From NCBI GenBank assembly GCA_964616545.1, contig CAZTUA010000041.1, forward strand, positions 3,577 through 67,576: a stretch of 64,000 nt of DNA, written 5' to 3'. The DNA comes from an uncultured Actinomycetota bacterium (lineage in GTDB: Bacteria; Actinomycetota; Humimicrobiia; Humimicrobiales; Humimicrobiaceae). The notes below the pieces were generated by a model, which did no database searches, was not told the origin of the DNA, and was given only the letters and a program-made list of their open reading frames with translations. The translations under genes were made by a program, and so were the position numbers. Shown here piece by piece: positions 31,773-40,719 of this stretch; position 1 is the stretch's first letter; each line of letters begins with the position of its first letter.

Positions 31773-32588
31773 TTACTCCAGATAATCACTAAGAAAATCC
31801 TTTACTTCATTTTCATCAGCAATCAAATAACTTATGCCTTCAATATTAGCTGTTTCCACAGGTATTGTCACCAGGTTTACATCTTTATCAGAGAATAGTA
31901 GCATAATTCCAACAGAACCAAAATCCCACATTGTAAAATCAGATACCGTTTCTTCGTTTAAGACTTTTATAATCTGTAAAGATTTCAGAGCTGTTTGAAA
32001 ATTTAATTTTTGCCTTATTATTTCACTTAACAGGTACTTCTGCCTGTCCACTCTGTCCAGGTCAACTCCGGCTGTTGCCCTGCATCTTACAAATGATAGG
32101 GCCTGCTCGCCATCCATATTATATGTGCCGGGGTCAAAATTTGCACCTGATAGCGGGTCATGAAGAGATTCCTCTACCTTTATATTAACACCGCCCAGTA
32201 TATCGATAATTTCTTTAAAACCCCTGAAATTTACAACCACTACTTTGCTTATCCTGATACCGGTGAGTTTATATATTTCGTCCTTTATCACTTCATACCC
32301 GCCAAATTTATAGGCTGCATTAATTTTATTCCAGCCGTGTCCCTCAAGATTTACCCTGATGTCACGCGGGATTGAAATAAGACTGTCTTTCTTTCCGGTA
32401 CCGCTGATATGATAAACTATAATAGTATCAGTCAGACCTACGAATTCACTGCTGTCCTCTCTTTCATCAATGCCGAGCAGTAATATATTTCTATCCTTTT
32501 GATTTAAAAGGGAAACAGTAAGAAAGATAACAACAGCCAGTACAAGAATGACCAGTATTGTAACGAAGCAGCCCCTTACTTTATTCAT
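31773..32588 (-). CDS. LytR-CpsA-Psr (LCP) family cell-envelope phosphotransferase
   Basis: N-terminal TM anchor followed by the LCP core LLLGIDERED…GLTDTIIVYHIS…DSLISIPRD. Confidence 0.8.
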   Translation of the reverse strand: MNKVRGCFVTILVILVLAVVIFLTVSLLNQKDRNILLLGIDEREDSSEFVGLTDTIIVYHISGTGKKDSLISIPRDIRVNLEGHGWNKINAAYKFGGYEVIKDEIYKLTGIRISKVVVVNFRGFKEIIDILGGVNIKVEESLHDPLSGANFDPGTYNMDGEQALSFVRCRATAGVDLDRVDRQKYLLSEIIRQKLNFQTALKSLQIIKVLNEETVSDFTMWDFGSVGIMLLFSDKDVNLVTIPVETANIEGISYLIADENEVKDFLSDYLE

Positions 32589-32610
32589 GTCTTGTTTTCC
32601 CCCGGCAAAT

Positions 32611-33255
32611 TCATTTACATTCTACATATCCGGTATGAGATAAATAATACAGAGTGTGCAGTAATTTTTCAATGGGATCTGCAGTTTCAACTCTGACACC
32701 GGAAGGAGCCTTAACTGGAACCGAGGTATAATTTATAATCACCCTAACACCAGCCTGCACCAGTATGTTAGTAGCTTTCTGTGCAGAATCCGGCGGAACA
32801 GCCAGTATGGATATTTCAATGTTCTTCTTTCTGAATTCATCTTTTACTGTGTTTATATCAAGAATTCTGTACCCGGATATAGTTTTCCCTATAATCTCCT
32901 GGTTATTATCAAAAACATTTTCTATCTTAAATCCAAACCTTTCCAGCATTTTATATTTTAAAATCGCCCTGCCAAGATTTCCGGCCCCGATCAGAGCAAG
33001 GTGCACCAGCCTGTTATAGCCCAGGATTTCATTAAAAGACTTAATGAGTTCATCAATATTAAATCCGACGCCTCTTTTGCCTTTTATTTTAAAATAAATA
33101 AGATCTCTTCTTACTTCTGCGCTATTAATTCCCGTATTCTTGCATATATCTCCAGAAGTCGTGGTTCTCTTGCCCATTTCTTTCAGCTGGACTGCATATC
33201 TTAAATACTGAGATAGTCTCGAAATAGTACCTTCAGAGTATACTTTTTCTGCCAC
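32611..33255 (-). CDS. rex: Redox-sensing transcriptional repressor Rex
   Basis: N-terminal winged helix (ISRLSQYLRY…) and Rossmann NADH-binding domain LALIGAGNLGRAIL. 214 aa. Confidence 0.85.
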   Translation of the reverse strand: MAEKVYSEGTISRLSQYLRYAVQLKEMGKRTTTSGDICKNTGINSAEVRRDLIYFKIKGKRGVGFNIDELIKSFNEILGYNRLVHLALIGAGNLGRAILKYKMLERFGFKIENVFDNNQEIIGKTISGYRILDINTVKDEFRKKNIEISILAVPPDSAQKATNILVQAGVRVIINYTSVPVKAPSGVRVETADPIEKLLHTLYYLSHTGYVECK

Positions 33256-33380
33256 TTTATTAATCCACCTTTTAGTTAATCATTTATAGAGAAGCCTTAA
33301 AGAAAATACTTTGTATCATAATTGTAACAGGATGAGACTACATTTACAAGAGCGGAATCCTTACACGAATTGCCCGATAT

Positions 33381-34352
33381 CTACTCTGGAGAGATTTCTT
33401 TATTGTCTTTCAGTGTGCTTACCTTAAAGTTATAAACCCCTTTTTCTTTAAAGAAAGTTGCGCCGCAATTGCTGCATTTTATCTTCTTCTCACTAAACAC
33501 AAGTGCAGCTTTCCTGCAGAAAACACAGATTAAAATATCTTCAATCTTAATTTTATTATTTACTTTATTGATTCCTTCGTCTGCCGGTTTATTTAAAATG
33601 CATTTTAAAAAAACACTCGGACCCAGTGTTATAAAAGAGAAGATTTTTTGATAAATTTTTTCAAAAAAAATAAGAGTTTTCGTGCCGGGAAATTTCTTTA
33701 AAAAATTAACCCTGAAATTGGAAACGCTTATTACTTTTTTTACTGAAAAGCTTCTTTCTTCTAAAAAATTATATATATAGCGGGGATGAAAATTTAATAT
33801 TGTCTCTCCCACCTGGGAAGGTTTTTTATTAAAGGGAGAAGTATCCATTCTGCCGCCGATGAACCTTAATACATTTTTCAGATTTCTTTTATTGGCAAAT
33901 TCTAAAAAATATAAACCGCCATTTTTAAGTATCCTTGCAACTTCATCGAAATAACCTTGAGGATTGTCAAGATGGTGCACTACCCTTACGGTCAATACAG
34001 TATCCGCACAATTGGATTTTACCGGAAGGCAGGATGCATCCGAGGCAATAAAATAGACCGAAGATATTTTTTCAGGATTATCGCCCAGAAATTTCTCTAT
34101 TCTGTTTCTGGCATTTTTTAAATTATTAACCGAATAATCGATCATGACTATTGTTCTAAAATCCATATATTCGTTAAATAATCTTCCATATCCACAGCCG
34201 ATATCAAAGATAATCCTGTCCTTTTTATTATCAACTCCAGCCAGCAGTGTTCTTAAAGCAATTCTTTCAGCTTTATCCTCATATAACCTTTTATTGTTCT
34301 CCCAGAATTTTCTGTAATCATAATTCTCGTAATCCGTTTTTCTAAAATACAT
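33381..34352 (-). CDS. Class I SAM-dependent methyltransferase with C-terminal zinc-ribbon (Trm112-like) tail
   Basis: Motif I IFDIGCGYGRL. C-terminal CVFCRK…CSNCGATF. Confidence 0.7.
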   Translation of the reverse strand: MYFRKTDYENYDYRKFWENNKRLYEDKAERIALRTLLAGVDNKKDRIIFDIGCGYGRLFNEYMDFRTIVMIDYSVNNLKNARNRIEKFLGDNPEKISSVYFIASDASCLPVKSNCADTVLTVRVVHHLDNPQGYFDEVARILKNGGLYFLEFANKRNLKNVLRFIGGRMDTSPFNKKPSQVGETILNFHPRYIYNFLEERSFSVKKVISVSNFRVNFLKKFPGTKTLIFFEKIYQKIFSFITLGPSVFLKCILNKPADEGINKVNNKIKIEDILICVFCRKAALVFSEKKIKCSNCGATFFKEKGVYNFKVSTLKDNKEISPE

Positions 34353-34751
34353 TTATTAAAATGCTCCTTCTATTTTTGTGAATATAATTCGTGTAATTAT
34401 ACAACATTTGACAAATTCTGGATTTATATCTTTTTTCAAATTACTTTCTCCCGGAATAATTTTCTTTTGCATTTCCCTCGCCACGACCCCATTTCTACAC
34501 CTGTCTTCAACAGCAGCCACTGGTTGGAGCCGTTCTGGTAAGGTTTTTATAAAATACAATATCACCCGGTTTCGCCTATTTTAATTTATTCAATTTTTCT
34601 TTCTTAATTCTAAAAACTAATATTAATTGCAACAGGCTGCAAATGCAAATATCTGTTCTGCTAAATCAGGCTTATTCTTTCAACCTCAATAATTAATTCC
34701 TGTAATTTAATGATAAATAAATACTCCAGCGTTTTTAAACAATAAACATAA

Positions 34752-34790
34752 TAAGAAAACCTCCGTTTTATGGAGGTTTTCTTATTATCC
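34752..34790 (-). terminator. Rho-independent terminator closing the flp-tadE-ssb transcription unit. The hairpin also reads on the plus strand.
   Basis: AAAACCTCC-AUAAAAC-GGAGGUUUU followed by a U-rich tract. About 55 nt beyond the ssb-like stop. Confidence 0.55.
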
Positions 34791-34838
34791 TGATCCAGCA
34801 TATTTTATCCTGCTTTGTCCGGTTTACAGGCAGTGGAT

Positions 34839-35258
34839 TTATTTTTCCCCTGTTTTAACTTTCTCTTTTTCTGCACTCTGCCTGACATTCTTTTCATCAT
34901 CACTTTTTTCAATGATTTTTATCTGGCTGAATTCCAGGCTCACCGCCACAATATCTGCGGTGATGCTGATAATGTTAAATTTTTTCCCTTCCTTATTTTC
35001 CCAGCTCCTTAAATTCATGTGCCCGCTTACCAGAACCCTGTCACCTTTTTTTAATGCAGATGCACAATTTTCTGCAAGACTGTTCCAGGCAGTGATATTA
35101 AAAAAATCAACTGATTCAGATTCTTTCCCATTTTTATCGATCCATTTCTTATTCACGGCAACTCCCATTTCAGTAATTGCAACCCCCTCATTGGTATATT
35201 TGATCTCAGGGTCACGGGTCAGATTTCCGAGTATAAATATCTGATTTACATAATTCAT
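34839..35258 (-). CDS. ssb: Single-stranded DNA-binding protein paralogue (OB-fold SSB) lacking the conserved acidic C-terminal tip
   Basis: MNYVNQIFILGNLTRDPEIKYT…VDFFNITAWNSLAEN…GDRVLVSGHMNLRSWENKEGKK is canonical SSB. The C-terminus ends …KVKTGEK, with no D-D-D-I-P-F motif. The ORF-track N-terminal extension has no support. Confidence 0.7.
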   Translation of the reverse strand: MNYVNQIFILGNLTRDPEIKYTNEGVAITEMGVAVNKKWIDKNGKESESVDFFNITAWNSLAENCASALKKGDRVLVSGHMNLRSWENKEGKKFNIISITADIVAVSLEFSQIKIIEKSDDEKNVRQSAEKEKVKTGEK

Positions 35259-35304
35259 TGTTACTCCTTCTCCTAAAAAATACCAAATTAAATATTTAAA
35301 ATCT

Positions 35305-35733
35305 TTAAAAACTAAATTCGCAGGAATTACAGTAATCAAATCGCTCATCCCACGGATAAACAACTTTAGCCCTGGAGGTAGATTTAACCCTGGCGCAGCG
35401 GCCTGTGAATTTGTTTACCAGAATAAACCTTATATCTTTTTCCACTGTAACTGTTACCGCATCATAATCGCATATGCATTCAATAAGTTTGCAATTGTTT
35501 GACCGAATAATTTCTCCGGCTATTCTGGAGCAGTCCTGTTCTTCAAAAAACAATAAGTTCTGCACGACAGCCAGTGAAGCTGCGTCAGAAGCATTCTTTG
35601 TTTCCTCTCTTGCTATAAAAATCCGGCAGATATCAAAAATGACCATAAAAAGAATCGAGAATATAATTACCCCGGCAAGCGCTGGTAGAGAAATGTTCCC
35701 ATTGCTATGTATCTTCAATTTTTTCAGTAGCAT
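35305..35733 (-). CDS. TadE/TadG-like minor pilin (pseudopilin) protein
   Basis: N-terminal hydrophobic segment LPALAGVIIFSILFMVIF, with a Cys-rich C-terminal part. Located in the flp-tadE operon. Confidence 0.5.
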   Translation of the reverse strand: MLLKKLKIHSNGNISLPALAGVIIFSILFMVIFDICRIFIAREETKNASDAASLAVVQNLLFFEEQDCSRIAGEIIRSNNCKLIECICDYDAVTVTVEKDIRFILVNKFTGRCARVKSTSRAKVVYPWDERFDYCNSCEFSF

Positions 35734-36197
35734 TCCATCCTCATAATGCTTTTCGCTTTTATTATACTGCCCCTTGCATTAAAAATTTCCGGCAGGAATT
35801 TAGAATTACCGGCCTCATAAGATACAATTACCTCAACCATGTCTCCAACTTTTCTTGAAGCTCTGTCCTGTGGAATAATCCTTATATTGAGTCTGCTCCG
35901 TTCAAAGTTAGAGCAAATTTCTTCAATGCATGCACGGGCATCCTGATTAGAATTTGTTGTCGCCACAATTCTTGCGCCTTCCCGGGCAGCCTGCTCAAGT
36001 ATGTTTTGCCGGTAAATTAATAATCCAAGATGGGAAACAGCCATAATTATTAAAATCAGAAAAGGAATTACCAGAATAAATTCAAGTGATGCCTGGCCTC
36101 TTTTCCCGCCGGCTAAAATTTTTAAAACTTTTTTATTTTTATTTTCAACTGACATAATCCTTAATTTATAGCTGTCTCCCATTTCAAAAATTTGCAC
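35724..36197 (-). CDS. tadE: TadE-like pilus assembly protein
   Basis: The GQASLEFILVIPFLILIIM motif, typical of the TadE family N-terminus. Confidence 0.6.
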   Translation of the reverse strand: MQIFEMGDSYKLRIMSVENKNKKVLKILAGGKRGQASLEFILVIPFLILIIMAVSHLGLLIYRQNILEQAAREGARIVATTNSNQDARACIEEICSNFERSRLNIRIIPQDRASRKVGDMVEVIVSYEAGNSKFLPEIFNARGSIIKAKSIMRMECY

Positions 36198-36218
36198 ATA
36201 CCTTTTTTAATTCAATTC

Positions 36219-36374
36219 CTAAACCATTGAAGCAATCTTCTCGAAAACTTTTGCAATAACGTCTATTATTATTGGCTTGCCTACCGCTATCAATATGGCA
36301 CTTATTATCCCGGCAATTACTGTAACAAGAGCATATTCAAGCGTTGATTGCCCGCTCTGATTTCTGAATCTCAT
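36219..36374 (-). CDS. flp: Flp/Fap-family type IVb prepilin
   Basis: MRFRNQSG|QSTLEYALVTVIAGIISAILIAV carries the G/xxxxEY Flp motif. An AAGAGGAAAA RBS precedes Met13 of the longer track ORF (36219-36410). Confidence 0.65.
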   Translation of the reverse strand: MRFRNQSGQSTLEYALVTVIAGIISAILIAVGKPIIIDVIAKVFEKIASMV

Positions 36375-36607
36375 TAAAAATTTTCCTCTTTTTAATCTAA
36401 TTTTATTCACCCCCCTTCTCTAAAATAAAAGCTATGATTTCACCTCCTTTATTTTGATTTATGCATTTATGCATTTGCTTATATAGTAAATATACCAGAT
36501 TTGTATATTTGTGTAAATAAATATTTTCAATTTACGGGGTTTTATATTTTCAGGCCATATTTTTAAAATATTATATTTGTATAAGATATTTATTAAATTA
36601 ATCTATC

Positions 36608-36636
36608 TTGACTATTTTTACATAAAGGTTTAATAT
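36608..36636 (+). promoter_or_regulatory. Sigma70-like promoter for the CAP-domain gene
   Basis: TTGACT, 17 nt, TAATAT. Confidence 0.35.
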
Positions 36637-36810
36637 ATGTATGTAATAATTAATTACAAGTTTTATTGAAAATCTGGATTTCGTTTCAGTAATAGAGGCT
36701 ATGACTTACATTCTGCTATCTGGGCACTTTGGAATGTAATGAGCCAAGTAGTGCAACCGGCTATTACTTTTTTATTTTAAAAAGAATATGCCATCCGGTC
36801 TCTATGCTGG

Positions 36811-37584
36811 ATGGCTTTTTTTTGGAGAAAACTAATGAAAAATAAATTAAAAATAATTCTGGCAATAGCGGCGGTAACAATAATGGCAACCGCTCTCTTA
36901 TTGTCGAGTGCTTTTAACATAAACCCGGCAAAAATAGACAGCAGCTATACCGGAAGCAGCACCTATATAATTGAAGATACCGGTAAAGCAGCAGTAATAC
37001 AGGAAACCGTGTCTTTTGAGGATGACAGAATAAAAACCGGAACAGTATTAACCAGGATATCAGAGAATATTGAAGAAGAAGTAGAAAAGATACATAAAGA
37101 TTATAGAGCAGAAGTTCTCGGAAGCAACACAGCCGGCAATACTGCCGGTACCGCTGTTGCAGAGGCTGCTCCAGCCGAACCATCTGCCAGTTTAAATGAT
37201 TATGAGTCAGCCGTACTTTATCTCATAAATACCATAAGAGCTTCAAATGGACTCGGTGCACTCCAGCCGAGCCAGGTACTTACAGATATTGCAAGGTCAA
37301 GATGCAACGATATGATAGCAAACTCCTACTTTTCACATTATACGCCTGATGGCCGCAACATATTTAATATTTTCCGTGAAAATGGAGTTTCGTATAGGAA
37401 TGGAGGAGAGAACCTTGCCCAATCCTCTCCCGCGTCCGCAGGCACGCCTGATGCATTTGCAAATGCATGGATGTCAAGCCCCACTCATAAAGCCAATATA
37501 TTAAGAGCCGAATATACCAGAATAGGTATAGGAATAAGCGATGGCGGAAATAGAAGAGTGGTGGCTACTGTATTTACCAACTAA
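36811..37584 (+). CDS. Secreted CAP/SCP (PR-1-like, YkwD-type) domain protein. The start is possibly the second ATG at 36835.
   Basis: Signal peptide MKNKLKIILAIAAVTIMATALLLSSA. The C-terminal CAP domain reads …CNDMIANSYFSHYTPDGR…GENLAQ…. Embedded between the two halves of Tad cluster 1. Confidence 0.7.
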   Translation: MAFFWRKLMKNKLKIILAIAAVTIMATALLLSSAFNINPAKIDSSYTGSSTYIIEDTGKAAVIQETVSFEDDRIKTGTVLTRISENIEEEVEKIHKDYRAEVLGSNTAGNTAGTAVAEAAPAEPSASLNDYESAVLYLINTIRASNGLGALQPSQVLTDIARSRCNDMIANSYFSHYTPDGRNIFNIFRENGVSYRNGGENLAQSSPASAGTPDAFANAWMSSPTHKANILRAEYTRIGIGISDGGNRRVVATVFTN

Positions 37585-37614
37585 GTTTTTAATTTATATG
37601 ATTTTACGGACGCC

Positions 37615-37660
37615 TGAAAAAACACCCCGGAGAAATATCCGGGGTGTTTTCTTTTATTTT
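37615..37660. terminator. Bidirectional rho-independent terminator between the CAP gene (+) and tadC (-)
   Basis: AAAAACACCCCGG-agaaatat-CCGGGGTGTTTT hairpin with T-runs on both sides. Confidence 0.6.
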
Positions 37661-37667
37661 TAATAAA

Positions 37668-38555
37668 CTAAAAATTTAAAAAATTTCCGCCTATCGAATA
37701 TATCAGGGGTCCTCCCACAAGCAATATAAAAGAAGGCAGAATTAAAAATACAAGCGGGAACAATATCAATACAGCTGTCTTTCTGATTTTTCTTTCCAGA
37801 TTCTGATAGGCCTCGAATTTTATATAATCTGATTTTCTTTTCAGTATGTCATTTATAGAAGACCCATATTTTTCTGCCTGTATCAATGTGAAAACAAAAT
37901 TTTTAAATTCATCCGTACTGCTTCTATTTATTAAATTTTTATAGGCCTGCAACTTTCCTGTTCCGATATCTACATCTTCTATAAACCCTGAAAGCTCCGA
38001 ACAGATGCTTCCCCTGTATCTGGCAATTACAATTTTTATAGCATTATAGATATTCTGCCCGGATAATGTAGCCACCACAAGTAAATCTATTATATCGGGC
38101 AGCTCCCTGTTTATTTCACTCTGTCTCCGGCGGTTAAAATTCTTCAGCAAAATAACCGGGATAAAATAGCCGGCCACCCCGCCGGATAAGCCTATGGCTG
38201 CTGAGCTAGCCGGGCTGCTTCCAGGAAAAAGCCCTGCAATAAAAAATAAAACAGATAGGATTACTCTGTAACCCATAAAGGAATCAGGGTTAATGGATAC
38301 CCTGTTTTCGTATTCCAGTATCTTTAATAGTTCAGCGTTTCTCTTCATTGCTGCAGAATATCTTTTACCGGCCAAAAGTTTTCCCAGCCTTAAAGAAAGA
38401 AAGTTTATCTTATTTACAAGTCTTGCTGCAATCTTACCTTTTCTGTGATTATGATTATTCTCACAGGCTCTATAAAAGTTTTTATTTCTTATAATGTAGA
38501 ATATGCCGTAACAGATAAATAAATAATATCCAATTATAATTAAATACATAAACAT
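37668..38555 (-). CDS. tadC: Tad pilus platform protein TadC (T2SS-F family)
   Basis: T2SSF domain …LPDIIDLLVVATLSGQNIYNAIKIV…INDILKRKSD…. Ends with a TAG stop. Confidence 0.75.
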   Translation of the reverse strand: MFMYLIIIGYYLFICYGIFYIIRNKNFYRACENNHNHRKGKIAARLVNKINFLSLRLGKLLAGKRYSAAMKRNAELLKILEYENRVSINPDSFMGYRVILSVLFFIAGLFPGSSPASSAAIGLSGGVAGYFIPVILLKNFNRRRQSEINRELPDIIDLLVVATLSGQNIYNAIKIVIARYRGSICSELSGFIEDVDIGTGKLQAYKNLINRSSTDEFKNFVFTLIQAEKYGSSINDILKRKSDYIKFEAYQNLERKIRKTAVLILFPLVFLILPSFILLVGGPLIYSIGGNFLNF

Positions 38556-38558
38556 ATT

Positions 38559-39446
38559 TTATTTCCCCCGGCTATCTCTGGTACCCGTAATTTTTTTAAT
38601 AGTAATTATTCCTGTAATTTCCAGAATTCCGCCAATTATCAGAAGGGCGACTCCCATATTGGTAGTGAAAAAACCCATTACCGTTTCCCCTGTGAAAATA
38701 CACATTAAAACCAGTACAGCAACAGGGAATATTGATATAATATTGCCTGAATACCTGCTCTGGATGCTCATTGTCTGCATTTTTGATTTAAGTTTGAGGT
38801 TATGCCTTATTTTATCTGTAACACTATCAATAATGGGTATCAAATCTCCTCCTATTTTATTATTTATCTTCAAAGAACTTACCAGGAGGTCGGCTTCCCT
38901 GCTTTTGCATTTTTGCGAAAACCTGTCCAAGGCTCCGTCCAGGGAAGAATTTAGCTCCAGCTCACCGGCCATTTCTGTTAGATAGCTGCCAAGGGGTTCT
39001 TTAAAAAGTCCGGCAGAGGATTTAAATATTGTCCTGATCGTATTGCCAGCCCTGAGCATCACCGCCATATTATTTAAAAATTCAATTAGCTGGCTGTTTA
39101 ACAGGTCTTTTCTTCTTTCCTCGAAACTCTTAAGCGCGTCAATAATATAAATTTCTGTGCATATGCCAATAAACAGGCTAAAAACTATATTCCCTGAGAA
39201 GAGATATACACATAGAGTCAGAGCAAAAAATAAAATTATAATCAGTAATTTTCTCCCGGACTCCCATTTATTTATAAATAATTTAATTAACCTGTTCTGT
39301 CTGTAATTCTCACCGGATTCCGGCTGTCCTTTAAAGTATCCGTATGCTCTGCAGATATTTTTTACCCCATAGAGCATAAAAATTATGGTTACAAATGAAA
39401 TAACAGAAACCAGCGCCTCAAATCCCATCTCTATCACCAAAGTCAA
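38559..39446 (-). CDS. tadB: Tad pilus platform protein TadB (T2SS-F family)
   Basis: T2SSF domain …LNSSLDGALDRF…IGGDLIPIIDSVTDKIRHNLKLKSKM…. Confidence 0.75.
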   Translation of the reverse strand: MTLVIEMGFEALVSVISFVTIIFMLYGVKNICRAYGYFKGQPESGENYRQNRLIKLFINKWESGRKLLIIILFFALTLCVYLFSGNIVFSLFIGICTEIYIIDALKSFEERRKDLLNSQLIEFLNNMAVMLRAGNTIRTIFKSSAGLFKEPLGSYLTEMAGELELNSSLDGALDRFSQKCKSREADLLVSSLKINNKIGGDLIPIIDSVTDKIRHNLKLKSKMQTMSIQSRYSGNIISIFPVAVLVLMCIFTGETVMGFFTTNMGVALLIIGGILEITGIITIKKITGTRDSRGK

Positions 39447-40719
39447 AATTAAATCCCTGATTTTTTATTTTATCTATAAATGCCGGCATATAGCCTGTAT
39501 AATCTATACTGCCGCCGGGCAAAACATCATTTTCTCTTTTTGCGTTATGCAGTCTGTACTTAAAGATATCTTTTACTTCAAGATCCGCACTGCCGCCCAG
39601 AAATTCACTTTTATTTATTAACTCACTTATATTGAGCAAAATTCTTTTTCCATTTTTCAGTTTCCCAAGATGAATAATCATATCAACTGATGACGCTATC
39701 ATTCTCCTTGCAGTGGAAGGGTCAAGGTTTAGCCCTGACATCAGTATCATTGTTTCCAGCCGGCTCACAAGGTCTTTTGGCGAGTTGGAATGAACAGTTG
39801 TCATCGAACCGCTGTGACCGGTATTCATAGCCTGCAGGACATCTACCGCCTCTGCTCCTCTTATCTCGCCCACGATAATTCTATCAGGTCTCATCCTTAA
39901 GGAGTTCCTCACCAGGTCCCTTATAGTAATCTCCCCCCTGCCTTCAATATTCGGCGGCCTGCTCTCAAGCTTGACAACATGCGGCAAATTCAAATTTAAT
40001 TCCAGAGTTTCTTCAATTGTCACTATTCTTTCAGAGGGTGAGATAAAATTGGAGATAACGTTTAAAAAAGTTGTTTTCCCTGCAGATGTAGCGCCGCTGA
40101 CTATTATATTTAATTTACTCCTCACGCAGGTTTCAATAAAACTGGAAATTCTATCATTTATGGTGCCTTCTCTTTTTAAACTTTCGATATTTATTATATT
40201 TCTCTTAAATTTCCTTATTGTTACCGCCATATCGTTTACCGTAACCGGACATAAAACTACATTAATCCTTGACCCGTTTTTAAGCCGTGCGTCTACCATC
40301 GGCGAACTTTCATCCAGTCTCAGACCCAGAGGACTCAATATTTTATCAACCAGGTTCTTAATATGATTATTGTCCCTGAAAATTATTTCTGTTTTCTTTA
40401 TGGCATCATCTTCTTCAACATAGACCTCATCAAAATTATTTATCATAATTTCAGTTACCCGGTCATCGTTTAAAAGAAAACTTATCGGCCCAAAACCAAA
40501 ACTATCTTCATATATCTGCTGTGCAAATCTTGAAACTTCTTTCTGGCTGATTATAATCTTCTCTTCTTCTACGATTTCTTCCAGATATTTCTCAATTATA
40601 CTAAGTCTGTCATCCGGTAAAAATCTGCTTAATTCATCTGTCCTTATTTTCTTTAAAATTCTTTCGCTCAGGTAATTTAACATATTAGTATCATCACAGG
40701 TAGAATTAATAACACTCAT
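39418..40719 (-). CDS. cpaF: Tad secretion ATPase CpaF/TadA (VirB11/GspE superfamily)
   Basis: Walker A GATSAGKTTFLN. Walker B and His-box present. 433 aa. Confidence 0.9.
   Translation of the reverse strand: MSVINSTCDDTNMLNYLSERILKKIRTDELSRFLPDDRLSIIEKYLEEIVEEEKIIISQKEVSRFAQQIYEDSFGFGPISFLLNDDRVTEIMINNFDEVYVEEDDAIKKTEIIFRDNNHIKNLVDKILSPLGLRLDESSPMVDARLKNGSRINVVLCPVTVNDMAVTIRKFKRNIINIESLKREGTINDRISSFIETCVRSKLNIIVSGATSAGKTTFLNVISNFISPSERIVTIEETLELNLNLPHVVKLESRPPNIEGRGEITIRDLVRNSLRMRPDRIIVGEIRGAEAVDVLQAMNTGHSGSMTTVHSNSPKDLVSRLETMILMSGLNLDPSTARRMIASSVDMIIHLGKLKNGKRILLNISELINKSEFLGGSADLEVKDIFKYRLHNAKRENDVLPGGSIDYTGYMPAFIDKIKNQGFNFDFGDRDGI

Noticed and set aside
34839-35363. 174-aa version of the SSB ORF starting MFIRGMSDL…
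   Set aside because: The canonical SSB N-terminus (MNYVNQIFILGNLTRDPE) begins at Met36. The extension overlaps the upstream TadE/G-like gene.
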